Part shown: positions 52,801 to 64,000 of the stretch, one piece after another | How positions within the stretch are numbered: position 1 is the first letter of the stretch | Layout: every line of letters begins with the position of its first letter | Assembly: GCA_965285935.1 (NCBI GenBank) | Contig: OZ260667.1 | Location: 33,480,001-33,544,000 of the forward strand | Direction of reading: 5' to 3' | Source: Ophelia neglecta | Taxonomy: Eukaryota | Length of the DNA: 64,000 nt | The notes under the pieces: model-generated | The model's input: only the letters and a program-made list of their open reading frames with translations | Told to the model about the DNA's origin: nothing | Databases searched by the model: none | Translations under genes and position numbers: made by a program

Positions 52801-54138
52801 TCCGATTCCTTTCTTAGGACTAAAGAATGTTGAGTTTTGCAAAGTTGAAAGGAATGAGACTAAAACACACAGTTACCTTAACTGAAATTCACTCATTCCA
52901 TGTCATATCATATTCCAATATTAATTTGATTTATTTTCGTTTCAAGCTTACTTATATGTAATACTATCTTTTATCACCTTACATATATATTATACTATAT
53001 TAGCATAAATTCATATGACGTATATCCTTGATGAATGGAATATGCAATTGATTATGATACACGACAACCAACCGTTCCTGAGGATTCCAGATCGATATTA
53101 TTGGAATATTCTTGATGATGAAAGATGTTGATTTGTAAGCCGCGTATCCACTCCCGTTTTAAAGAATATACATTATTATTATTATAAACATGATCATATC
53201 GCCAGCCAAATTATGAATTAGAAATTGAATATTTCTTGTGAAAGTGACGGGAATGTGTCAGCTGCATATAAATGTACTTATTACAAGTCGACCTATGGCT
53301 AACCCACAAGGTTTATACTACATTGATGTCATAAATGAAATTAGTCACTTGTACATCTAATCACTTGCCAGGAAAGGTCGTGGTCAAGTCTGTTGATTTC
53401 TAAAACACCCATGTGCATTGTAGTGGATATTATCATGGAATTGATTTTCTCCGATCGAGTTTTATTCTGGTTTCTAAATATCTATCAGAAAGAAGGAACA
53501 AATTGGTATTGAAACTATCCGTATTCGAACATGCCTGGAAGAAAGACTATACTCTTGACTTCATCCAAAAACCTGCTTTATCATTGGTTGCCGAGAGCTG
53601 AATGCGTGCTCATGATCATAGGAAATAAACTAAGCAATGAATGATATCTAAACGGCAACGACATTTAAAAAAAGAATCATTGTTTTTTATGGTAATATAT
53701 ATTTTTCTTCTGAGATATGCATGACCATGAGCCCCGAAAGCATTCCCTTCTAACAAACTCCAGACAAAATGTAAAACGTAGTTTATAATGCAAATCTTGT
53801 CCTGTTCTAGTTCGTCACTTCTGTCTGGTTTATTTCACATCTGATGAATCACGCTACATCAAGAACAGGGATATTTTGTATTTGTAATGCAACAACCCTC
53901 ATGATTGAAATGGGTTTGCATAGTGTTGCTGAACGGTAAACATTGGACGGTATAGAGTTCATGTCCTTTATATTTTATTAGGTTTTGCCAGGCATATTTG
54001 GATGTGTATTTTACCTTGCGGTCACTTGTAATGCAGGTTGCTTGGAACTTAGAAACAGATTCAAAAGAGAGAGAGAGAGAGAGAAAAAAGCAACACAAAA
54101 AATCTGTGTGTGACGGTTAAAACGATCTAAGACTGTTA

Positions 54139-55300
54139 TGCTACAGTCACACGGCCACTTACGGATGTTACGGATGCTTACGGATAAAAATCCGTAAACA
54201 TCCGCAAGGATCCGTATCATGCGTAAGCATCCGTATTCATCCGTAACCCAATGCGCAGGATCCGCAGACATACGCAGATCCGCAGCAGGAATTTTGAAAA
54301 TCTCAAAACTATGCTGCGGATGAAATATACGTAAGCATCCGCAGAATATACGTTAGCCATACGTAAAATACGTTAGCCATACGTAAAATACGTAACCCAT
54401 ACGTAAGATACGTAAACTCATCCGTAGGATACGTAAGATACGTAACTGATCCGTATCACTGTCTTCATGGGAACCTGGAAAGAAACAGATGACAAAGTTT
54501 TAAACAATATTGGATAAAGCAGCAAGTATTAACCTAATAGGGAAATTATTTATTATAACCTGACACATAGTGAAAATGTGACAACTAATAAATGCTGCCA
54601 TCAGCCTGGGAATATGAGACCCACCCCCACCCCCGGCCAAACCCAAAAAATCCCCAACCCCCAGGCCAACCCCATAGTTTTTTATTTATTGGATTTTTTA
54701 TCAATTTTAAGAGCCAAGCAAAGTTGAGAAAACTTTAAATCCGTTGTATTTATTTAACTCCAAAAATCACCATTTTCAAATTTGCACTAAGTGGCACAAA
54801 AAAGTGGCACTAAAGAAAAGAGATGTTTTTTCTTACCTCTACGCTTCCTCTTGACCCTTGCCTTGCCCTTTTGTCCATGTCCCTTGCCACGGCCATCTTT
54901 GGGGGTGGGGGTACTTCATGAAATTCGACTGAAGAAAGCCCCGATCCGCGTGGGTTTATATGCGGATGGTGCGGAAGCCAGTGGAAGCCGACGTGCACAG
55001 ACACGAGCGTAACTCATCTGTATCGTCCGTAAGTCATCCGTAAAATCCGTAAGTCATCCGTAAAATCCGTAAGTCATGCGTAAGTCGTCCGTGACATGTG
55101 TCAGCGGATGGGATAATCCGCAGGTTTTACCCGTAACATCCGTAAGTCATACGTAACATACGCAACTAGTCCGTATCGTCCGCAGATTATAAGTAACTTT
55201 TGCTCAACTTTCCGTTATTTTGGGTAAAAATTACGCATTTTCATTATTTAAATATACGCAGGCATCCGCAGGTCCGTAACATGGCCGTGTGACTGTAGCA
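54139..55300. mobile_element. Non-autonomous TIR DNA transposon (~1.16 kb) with subterminal repeat arrays
   Basis: TIR TGCTACAGTCACACGGCCA / TGGCCGTGTGACTGTAGCA flanked by TA on both sides (context TTA left, TAA right). Dense ATCCGTAA/ATACGTAA/TCCGCA repeats at ~54160-54455 and ~55020-55280. No coding capacity. Confidence 0.85.
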
Positions 55301-58120
55301 TAATACAAGAGCCACTGTCTGTGTTTGTGAAGACACATTAGCTTTGGTAATCTCATAATTTTGGAATATAATCCATGGGTAGCTGTGACTTGCTTCTTTA
55401 CAGTTTTTGCATTCCTTGTTACAAGAAAATGTATGCCTATTGCGTGACTGTGTTCATTATTGTACACTGTAGTCTGAGAGGAGTGAACACACAGCATCGC
55501 CTGGTGCTAATTTTTAACATTTTTTATTTTCAAACGACTATTTTAACCCTATCTCCTAAGAACACATTGAAAACACTATTTAATAGTAAAGTTCCCTTTT
55601 TTGCTGTCATCAGGTGAGAAAACTTACGCATTGGATACTAAAAAAAAGGTCAATTCATTTGTTTGTTCATACTCTAATTGCTCCTAAGTCTTATAACAAA
55701 TCGCCCTTGTTTGATAACCTTTTATGTTCATTAATGACATTTGAAATGATCGAGAAATACTGTAAAATTAAAACTTAATGACCTTTATATCTCGCACAAA
55801 CGCATTTTAAACGCGGAAACAATCAATGTCATTGTGTGATTCCGATACGCCGCAACAATGTGAAATATCGACCCCTTATTGAAAGCAATGGGGTGCATTG
55901 CAGCAAGTAGGTGTCGACGGCGCTTCGTGAACACAGGAACGAAACCCTGAAACCGCACTGAGCAGACGTATACACCGGTCGGTACACCAAACAGCTTTAC
56001 GCCAATCTTCTATATACTCCCTTGTTTATATTCAAACCATGTCATAACCCTGTCAAGTGTCCAGGTGCCAAAATAAATAAATTAATTGGATTATGGGTTT
56101 GATATCAGTCAATTTCCAATTCGCTGTTAAGCAAAAAGAGGCCAGTGTTATGCCTGTGTCCGTAAGTTGTGTTTTCAACAAAATCGAAAGTAGTTATATA
56201 TATAGATTTGCGGAATATACAGCTTTCGTCTCTCGGAATGTTGCTCGCACATACTATGTGGTCATCATTAGCACATGGCATTTTCCGTTTCAAAACTAGT
56301 TTTTTTTTCACTACATGCATTACTCTTATTGGCCTTGTGCTAGTAAAAATAACCTTACTTCTGCACATGTCAATATACATATTTTTATTGTCTTAAGTAA
56401 AGCATTAAGGTTGATCAAGCTCGGAAAAGGCTTCTTTCTAGTTTTATGTGTGGCATGCGCATTCTTAAATTACGATGAAACGTCCGGTTCCGCTGTTTTA
56501 AACAAACAGCTCACGTGATAGTCTGCCAATCACGTGTCTCGCATTTTGAATTCGCTTGATTTGTAACATAAGGACGAGGGAGTTGTGTTTCTACTCGAAA
56601 ATCCTTTCAGACATGTTAGGGCCCCATATCTGCCCTTGGAGGCGGCTTAAATGAGTGGCAGTAACTGGCAGGTCTCTCATGAGACGGGAGAGAAAAAGCA
56701 TTTTTGCTTCATATCAATTCTACAGACAAAATTGCATCTGAAATGTCAATCATAGCCAATATTGCCGTATTGCTTTATTTACATGGAATAAAACATTAAC
56801 TCATGCCTGCATAACATTGAATGAAATAAAGTTACAAACCCGGTTGTGCTTATAGATACCGTCAATTGTCTGCTAGAATGATCGGTAAACTGTCAAAGTC
56901 AGCAATTAAAGTCTTCTCCTGCCATTTCGGAATTGAAATGAATTCCACTATATGATGGTGATAGCCTTTTCGTCCCAAGTATAAGAATGGATTCAGATTA
57001 AATTAGGAAGGATAAGTTAAGATGAGAAGTCATGTATCCTCAATGCGACACAATGGTTGGAACAAGTGCAGTAAACAAAGTTTTGTTACACACTGGATCA
57101 CGAGATAATTCACGAAATGTATGTTGTCACAGGCAGAAGTGAATTTTGACGTTCAGTATAGCCCAAACATGATGATATAAGTAACCTTATTTGGATTTGA
57201 ACGATAGTTAAGCCAGTTTGTGGTTGCTATTTATATTATGTAGGTCCCTGAATATTTGTCCTTAATCGGGTTAAGCGTTTATGCCAGAGTTCACCCCGCC
57301 TCTTGTCATTTACTCCTTCTTAAAAATATGAACAATATTGAGTCAAATACAAGGTACGCAAAACAAATTCTATGAACAGTTTTTCAATAGTTATATTATG
57401 GGTTTTCCAAAAAAATAAAACCACGCGAATTATCATCAGAAGACATGACTGTTTGGTGCAGATGAGTAGTGAAGTAGACCATTTTCTGGTGATTCATATC
57501 ATGTGTCACAATGAGTCCAACCGTTTTCATTAGACAACACCTGGCAGTGATTCATAACCTTCACAAACGCACCCTTCAACCAAAAATCCGTGACACTTTT
57601 TTCATTTTCACCGTCTCATATGAGTAAGACCTGCGGTAGGCGAAACATGCATTCTAAGCCTCTTTTATTCCTCGTATTGATCTGTTATTTTTTGAGTCTC
57701 CATACCGACTCAACCTTGTTTGACAGTGCCATCAGCAACAGGAGGTCAGTGTTTGAGAAATTAGGACTAGCCAAATATTGGCTCCATATGTGACCAGCGT
57801 CTACCGAAGGATCTATAAATCAGATATTGTGGGTTAAGGAGTGTGTGTGTGTGTTTGTCGGTGTGTATGTTTGCAAAATCCTTTTGTACAGCGTCAACTT
57901 ACAAATTGTTCTATTCTATATGAAATAAGGCGAAATTTATAGTATGTTCTAGAACATACTTATATGAAGTCCTGAAGAATTAAATTTGATTATTTCCCGG
58001 TGTTTTTTCAAACATTATAAGACAAATATTAAAAGTCGAGTCTTAATATATTTTTAGGGATGGTAATCACATCGAATCGGCTTCTTACGTAAACATATGT
58101 TCAGCGCATCGCATGGGGTC

Positions 58121-58294
58121 NNNNNNNNNNNNNNNNNNNNNNNNNNNNNNNNNNNNNNNNNNNNNNNNNNNNNNNNNNNNNNNNNNNNNNNNNNNNNNNN
58201 NNNNNNNNNNNNNNNNNNNNNNNNNNNNNNNNNNNNNNNNNNNNNNNNNNNNNNNNNNNNNNNNNNNNNNNNNNNNNNNNNNNNNNNNNNNNNN
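58121..58294. other. Assembly gap or masked run (N)
   Basis: 174 N. Confidence 0.99.
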
Positions 58295-58332
58295 ATCTTG
58301 ATATCTCTCGATCTTGATATCTCTCGATCCCT

Positions 58333-58476
58333 NNNNNNNNNNNNNNNNNNNNNNNNNNNNNNNNNNNNNNNNNNNNNNNNNNNNNNNNNNNNNNNNNNNN
58401 NNNNNNNNNNNNNNNNNNNNNNNNNNNNNNNNNNNNNNNNNNNNNNNNNNNNNNNNNNNNNNNNNNNNNNNNNNNN
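58333..58476. other. Assembly gap or masked run (N)
   Basis: 144 N. The 38 bp between the two gaps is a 16-bp tandem unit, (ATCTTGATATCTCTCG)x2. Confidence 0.99.
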
Positions 58477-60439
58477 AAGGGGTGAGATAATTATTGTCAG
58501 TAGAGTTGTATATGGGGTTAATCCATCCTATACCAGACCATTCCGACTCGTAAAGTGTCAGCCGGTTTCCCTATGCAAAACACCGAATGATTTTAGTTGA
58601 TTGCCATGTGTAGGATTACGAGTATACATGAAACCAGTTATTAGTGATAAATGATGCTATCTTCACTGTCTTTATTGTATAAATTACCGAGGTCATTAGG
58701 GTCTATTTCGACTTCGCACTTCACCGGTACCGTTATTCTTCACAGGATTCATTCGGCGAATATGGCTATCAACTTGTTTGGTTGCCGAGTAGTTGGTAAG
58801 AGTTCTAGTCGGCTGAACCAAATTCCAATGAATTGATGGATTATACAGCTCTCCGTTTTGCATGCTACAATAACTCAACGTTGAGGAGATTGCCTTTTCT
58901 ATTTAAGGCTAATCATTTTGCTCTCGATGCTTTGAGAGACTTGGTGCTCCCATCAGGCCTTGTATGAGAAGAAGTCCTTCATCATGAATGTAACAGAGGA
59001 CCAGTCATTTTAAAATCTAAAAGGGAACTTAAGAGGGATAAGCGAATATATCACGAAAGATCCCCTGTTGAAATTATGAAGTTATAACTTAAAACTTATA
59101 CACATTGAGTCTCAAATTCTCGCAAACAGCTAAACGTGTCATGTCCCATCAAAATATTACATCCCCTTTTCGACTTTTTCGGCTTGATATTTTGATTTAT
59201 CACTGTTCTGGGTCCGTTTAACCTTTCGTGGGATCTATAATCGAGCGTCTCTATTAGGACCTAAATTTATCACAACGCTTCAATGTAATAACCCTGTACT
59301 GAAAATAGGACGACCAAGCTCGATGGTTACAGACATTCCATGGCGTGGACTTGCTTCACAACAATTAGCCGCATGTAAGCACGAATAGCCATCACTAATG
59401 GAAAATGGCGATTTGTCTATCTTAGGTTCAGTTCCATTGAATGGCTGTTCAGAGCAAACATCAAGTTGAGCGTCGATCTGTACCAGACAGACAAAGGTCT
59501 GAGTTGAACCCGAACAGCCATAAAAGACAGTTCTAAAGGAAGAGCCAATTTTGTTGATCGCCTCAAAATAGACACTGGTCAACCGATATCGACGTTTGTA
59601 GCAGTATTGATTCAATTCCATGTACTGAAAGATAATCCTGTAGAAAAATCACAGAATTGGGCTTTGCAATTCGTCCACTCTATATCTATTGATGTAAGTT
59701 GAGTTCCTACGACTGAACCACCCAATTCTATCTGCTTATTAGTATACACTGCTTAGCGTCGCACAAACTGTTTGGAACCAACGAGTGGATAATGTTAAAG
59801 TTACTGATGAACTTGGCCTGAATATATGGAATTCTTCTAGATCATCGGACGAGATATTGTTCGCGAGATATTGAATTTTTTGTTCTCAAGAAGTGTATAC
59901 CAATGAACTTCCCGAATTGGTATCACTGGTTATTTGTTTCCTTTATGTTTTTATGACCAGCTTATTATTAGGAGCCCTGGGCCTCTTCCCGCGTTATTTG
60001 GCAATAACGGGATGGTCATTGTATGACAATGTATGTGACACTAGCGCGCTGTGTGTCCAGTGCTTATAGAAAGATCCAGATCACGTCTTGACCTTCTTAT
60101 ACGCTCATCCCATCCAGAGTTCACTGAAGGTGATAACTGAGAATGTCTAAGCTGCTTCGCACAATGTTCCCTCCTCCAAAGTTCAACCTTTCGGTCATTT
60201 CCTTACCCGAGGTGCCTCGCGGTAACCAGGTGCGGCCCCTTCCGGTAGCAGATTAAACAGCACTCTGGAGGTGATAAGGTCGGTAAAATGACCTTTCACG
60301 CTGCTTTTATTTTAGACACTAAAATGTGGACGACCGCTGACAATGTCAGCTTCCTTCCGTTGCTTAGAACGCTCTGCAGGAGTCTGATTATTACGAAAGG
60401 CTTTCAAGGATCTCATCAAATGCTTAATCAGATCCACAA

Positions 60440-61276
60440 TTGCTACTCCGAATTCTGTCCAGCCGAACTCGACCAAGGTTAGCAGCTCTAGTTTACAGAG
60501 AAATGCTCAGTGAAGGTGATGACGCGTGGTGTGTCGCTGTACGTGACACTCTGTATGACTTGAATTTACACAGTTACTGGAATAGTCAAGCTGTTTATAA
60601 TAAACGATCTTTTATGAGCAGGGTGAAGAACTGTTTGATTGACTCGTATTCCCGGATAAATCGTCAGAAGTGCCTGGACTCCAGTAAATGCTATCTGTAC
60701 AAGCATCTGATTACTCCACTGGAATATAAAAAGCCGGCTTGGTATTTACAAGCTGTCGACCAAAGAAATGTGAAGACAATTGCCCGTTTGAGGATGAGAA
60801 CGCACAGATTAAATTGTGAAACAGGTGATTGGTATGAAGTGGACTGGGAACTAAGGAGGTGTACAACTTGTGATTTGATCGAAACCGAGGCGCATGTCTT
60901 GATGTCTTGTGTACGTTACTCACACATCCGCGAGAAGTATATTCCACGAGAGGTTAGAGCAATGGACCTAACCGAAAATGAAAAGCTCGTCTATCTATTA
61001 CTGAGTGACAATCGTAAATGGTTGGATAATTTGGCTCTCGCTTTTTCACGGATAACAAAACTACATTCGGAGTATGCCGAATACTATGTGCCAATACCTT
61101 TAAATGACTTTGAAGATTAACTGTGACTTTTAACGATTTCTGTGACAAAGAATAATTATGAGTAATTTTGTTTTTCCTTGGATCACGCATGCATAATTTT
61201 TTCTATAATGTATATATTATTATTGCAGGTTATAAGCTTGTTGTATGGCTTGAAGACCTAATAAATACTACTACTA
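60440..61276 (+). mobile_element. 5'-truncated non-LTR retrotransposon (CR1/L2-group-like): ORF2 C-terminus, 3' UTR and tail
   Basis: ORF 60440-61120 contains IARLRMRTHRLNCETG...RRCTTCDLIETEAHVLMSCVRYSHIR, the CCHC-type C-terminal motif of LINE ORF2. It is followed by an AT-rich UTR, AATAAA (~61260) and a (TAC)n tail. No RT core upstream. Confidence 0.85.
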
Positions 61277-64000
61277 TTCGTAAAGCACTAAAAGCCGCTT
61301 TGCTAACTAAATTAACACCGTGCCAAGAATGGTGACGAGAAGCAAGACTTAAACCCTTTTCCCACTTGGACAAAAGTATTTAAACTTTCTATTTCCAAGA
61401 ACGTGTATTACTCTGCATCATTCATTAAGCCATCATTTAATTATTTTAATTTCAAAACAAAACATTTTACAAATCCAATTTAAAGCAAATAAAAAAAAAA
61501 GTCAAATAAAACATATTGGGTCGGCAATGCCAAAGAGCGGGTTGGCATTGCCCATGAAGATCCCCCCCCCCCCCCCCACTCCCCTAATTTGCCCCATTGA
61601 CAGAGCAAGCATCCAAACAGTTTATCTACTCTGATCATTTTTACCCAAAAGTCGTGTCGCACGTCTAGTGTGCTTTTCAATCAATCAGCCGGAGACTGTT
61701 TGAAATGCTATTTGACCTCAGTGTTCACATTTGTTTTTGTTCGTATGTTTGTTTGTCCTTGCCGGGAGATAGCTACTAATGTTTTAAGTAATAAATCAGC
61801 CTTCGCTAGAGGGTACCCTATTAGCTTGAGGGTACATTTTCGTTTTAGTTCGCTGGAAAAAAGACAACAGGGGACCATCGAGCATTGCGCCAGGCGGCCA
61901 TTATTAGCAAAACAGAAAGGAATGCGTTCGTAATGCAAGTGTGGAAAACCCTTGTTGCTATCGAACACGCACGTCAGCCTATATTTCAGTGAACTAACTC
62001 TCATTCCCCGTAAAACTACAGTATGTACAGAATCATTTAAAATATTTCTTTAAGCGAGCAGCAATAAGCTGAATTTTGATTTATACTTGCAGGACAAAAG
62101 CACTCCAATTCCCTTAGTACCAGTTAAGTCAATGCGCAACTCTTCCCCAATAAAAATATTTCACTCTGTAGGCTTTTGCTTAAATACCACTTTTCTATTT
62201 TTAAAATGTAAAAAATGACCGTTATTATTTGGGCGATAGCTATGATTGAAGCTTCTGTTACAGAAGTCCATTGCCTGTTGTTGAACTGGTCCCGATTGTT
62301 TTGCTAGAGGCCCTTCCACACAATATCTATACAGGTTTTTTTGCCTCGATGATAATTGCGAAGACATGTTTCTTGTAAAAACACCATGAGCAGTACGGCC
62401 GATTGCGGAAGGCTGTCATAGGCTCAGTGTTCGCTGATATCGGCTGGTGAGCATTGAGAGGGGTTATCATATCTAATATAACACTCACAAAGTCATCACG
62501 CCTGAAAGCTTAACTGCTTGCTTTGTCATTGGCACATTCAAGACAAATCCAATATTATAAAAGCGTTTTTCTAAGAATGAGATATCTCACCATTTTATGT
62601 CAATAAGAGCATTTTTCGGCCTTCCGAAAGACGTGCCGGTGTAAACAGAGGGTGGCAACAATTTTCCTTGCTTTTCCGAGAGCCCGCTGAGTCAGTGACA
62701 TGCGAGCCCTATGGTGAATCAGTTCACACCGGAATCAATTCCAACATCTTTAGCCGACCTTTTACGGTTTAAAAGCAGTACTTTGCCGGATCGATGCTGT
62801 GGCGTCTAGGAATTGAATTCTCATTTCTCGTAGCACACAGAACATCTCCGGAATGCCAATTGAGCATGCGCAGACGCGACGATTGTCGCGCGTCCAGTGT
62901 ATACCTTTCACCTCTGCCTACCTTAATCACAATTTAGAATAGACAATTTAGTCCAGTCCCGAGGGTTTGTCTTGTATTATATTGTATTTCTGAGCCCCCT
63001 TGGCCAATCAAGTAGTTCTGCTTCGCCAAAAAGTAGCCCACAAGTGCAGTAATCATATTTCTATGTGTGCTATAAATCTTAGGGATTCCCCGCTGAAAAA
63101 AAACAACGTCGTAAACTGTTATCTCTATATCTCCCTCCAAGTGGCCGCATGTGATTTATTTTTTAAGGGATAGCATGTCAACGGCATGTCGTGTAGCAAA
63201 TAGAGTTGACCAAAATATTGATTGTTGTTGCGAGCGTCGTACACATTCTTTGCAGTATGGTTGATCATCCTGGAAATATATTTTATGACGTTCAGTAAAT
63301 CAACAGCCTTAATGATAACAACATTGCCTTGTTATTTCATAAACTGGTCCTTATATCGGCATGCCAAAGCGTGTCCTCTAACGAGCTTCAATAAAATTTA
63401 ACAACCCGAAATGACCCATAAAATGAACACGTTCTTTAATATAAATTATGTAAATATATTGGGGTGAAAGTCGATTTATACACCGATTTTGTTGACTTGG
63501 TTTTATAGCATGTAAACCTCCCCTAGACAGTTATCTGAGTACTAGGATTTGAGATAGAGCTTGTTATAGGGCAATCCTCATACTCAGCCCCCTACTCCCG
63601 GGAGGCCGATACTTTATTGCCCTCCTATTCAGTCGCTCATCACCAGCGTGCTGTTCATCATCCAGCACGGACCTTTGCTCATCCTTTGAGGGTCTCACTT
63701 CATATTTCCGACATTACCAATCCTATCTTCCAACCACAAATAGGATATAAAAATAATGGATTTATGGAATGCCTAGCTCAACGTGTTGCATGGAATCATT
63801 TCATCGGGCAATCGGGATATACTTCTAGGCTCGGCACACAAAGAAACAGCTGGACTGGAGAATGATAAATCGAGTAATTAGTAATTTTTGAAGAGTCGTT
63901 GTCGCTTCAACGGCTTCATTAAGCTGCAGCTTTAATGTAAAGGAACTTTTGAGCTTTGATTTGAGCTTCATGGACAATTACATAATTCTAATCAGTCTTT

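Noticed and set aside
58097-58600. ORFs spanning N-runs
   Set aside because: Artefacts of the assembly gaps.

Overview
AT-rich eukaryotic DNA, probably from an invertebrate animal (spliceosomal introns, microsatellites, LINE relics, two N-gaps). I recognise no host protein-coding gene. The main feature is an apparently intact 8,364-bp DNA transposon at 13884-22247. It has ~617-bp terminal inverted repeats (TIRs) starting 5'-TACGGTAG, a 5-bp target-site duplication (TSD, GTTTA) and two convergent genes. The + strand gene encodes a 212-aa protein made of seven C2H2 zinc fingers. The - strand gene has five coding exons and encodes ~1,557 aa. I read it as a P-element/THAP9-like DDE transposase with a complete YqaJ/lambda-exonuclease (PD-(D/E)xK) domain inserted between its first two catalytic aspartates. 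Each TIR contains the same splice donor, and each gene has a splice acceptor just before its ATG, so both genes appear to be transcribed from the duplicated TIR. The rest of the window holds a heavily decayed DIRS-like retroelement, a 1.36-kb 33-34-bp minisatellite with higher-order structure, two non-autonomous TIR elements, LINE 3' ends and simple repeats. All family assignments come from motif recognition by eye, not database searches.
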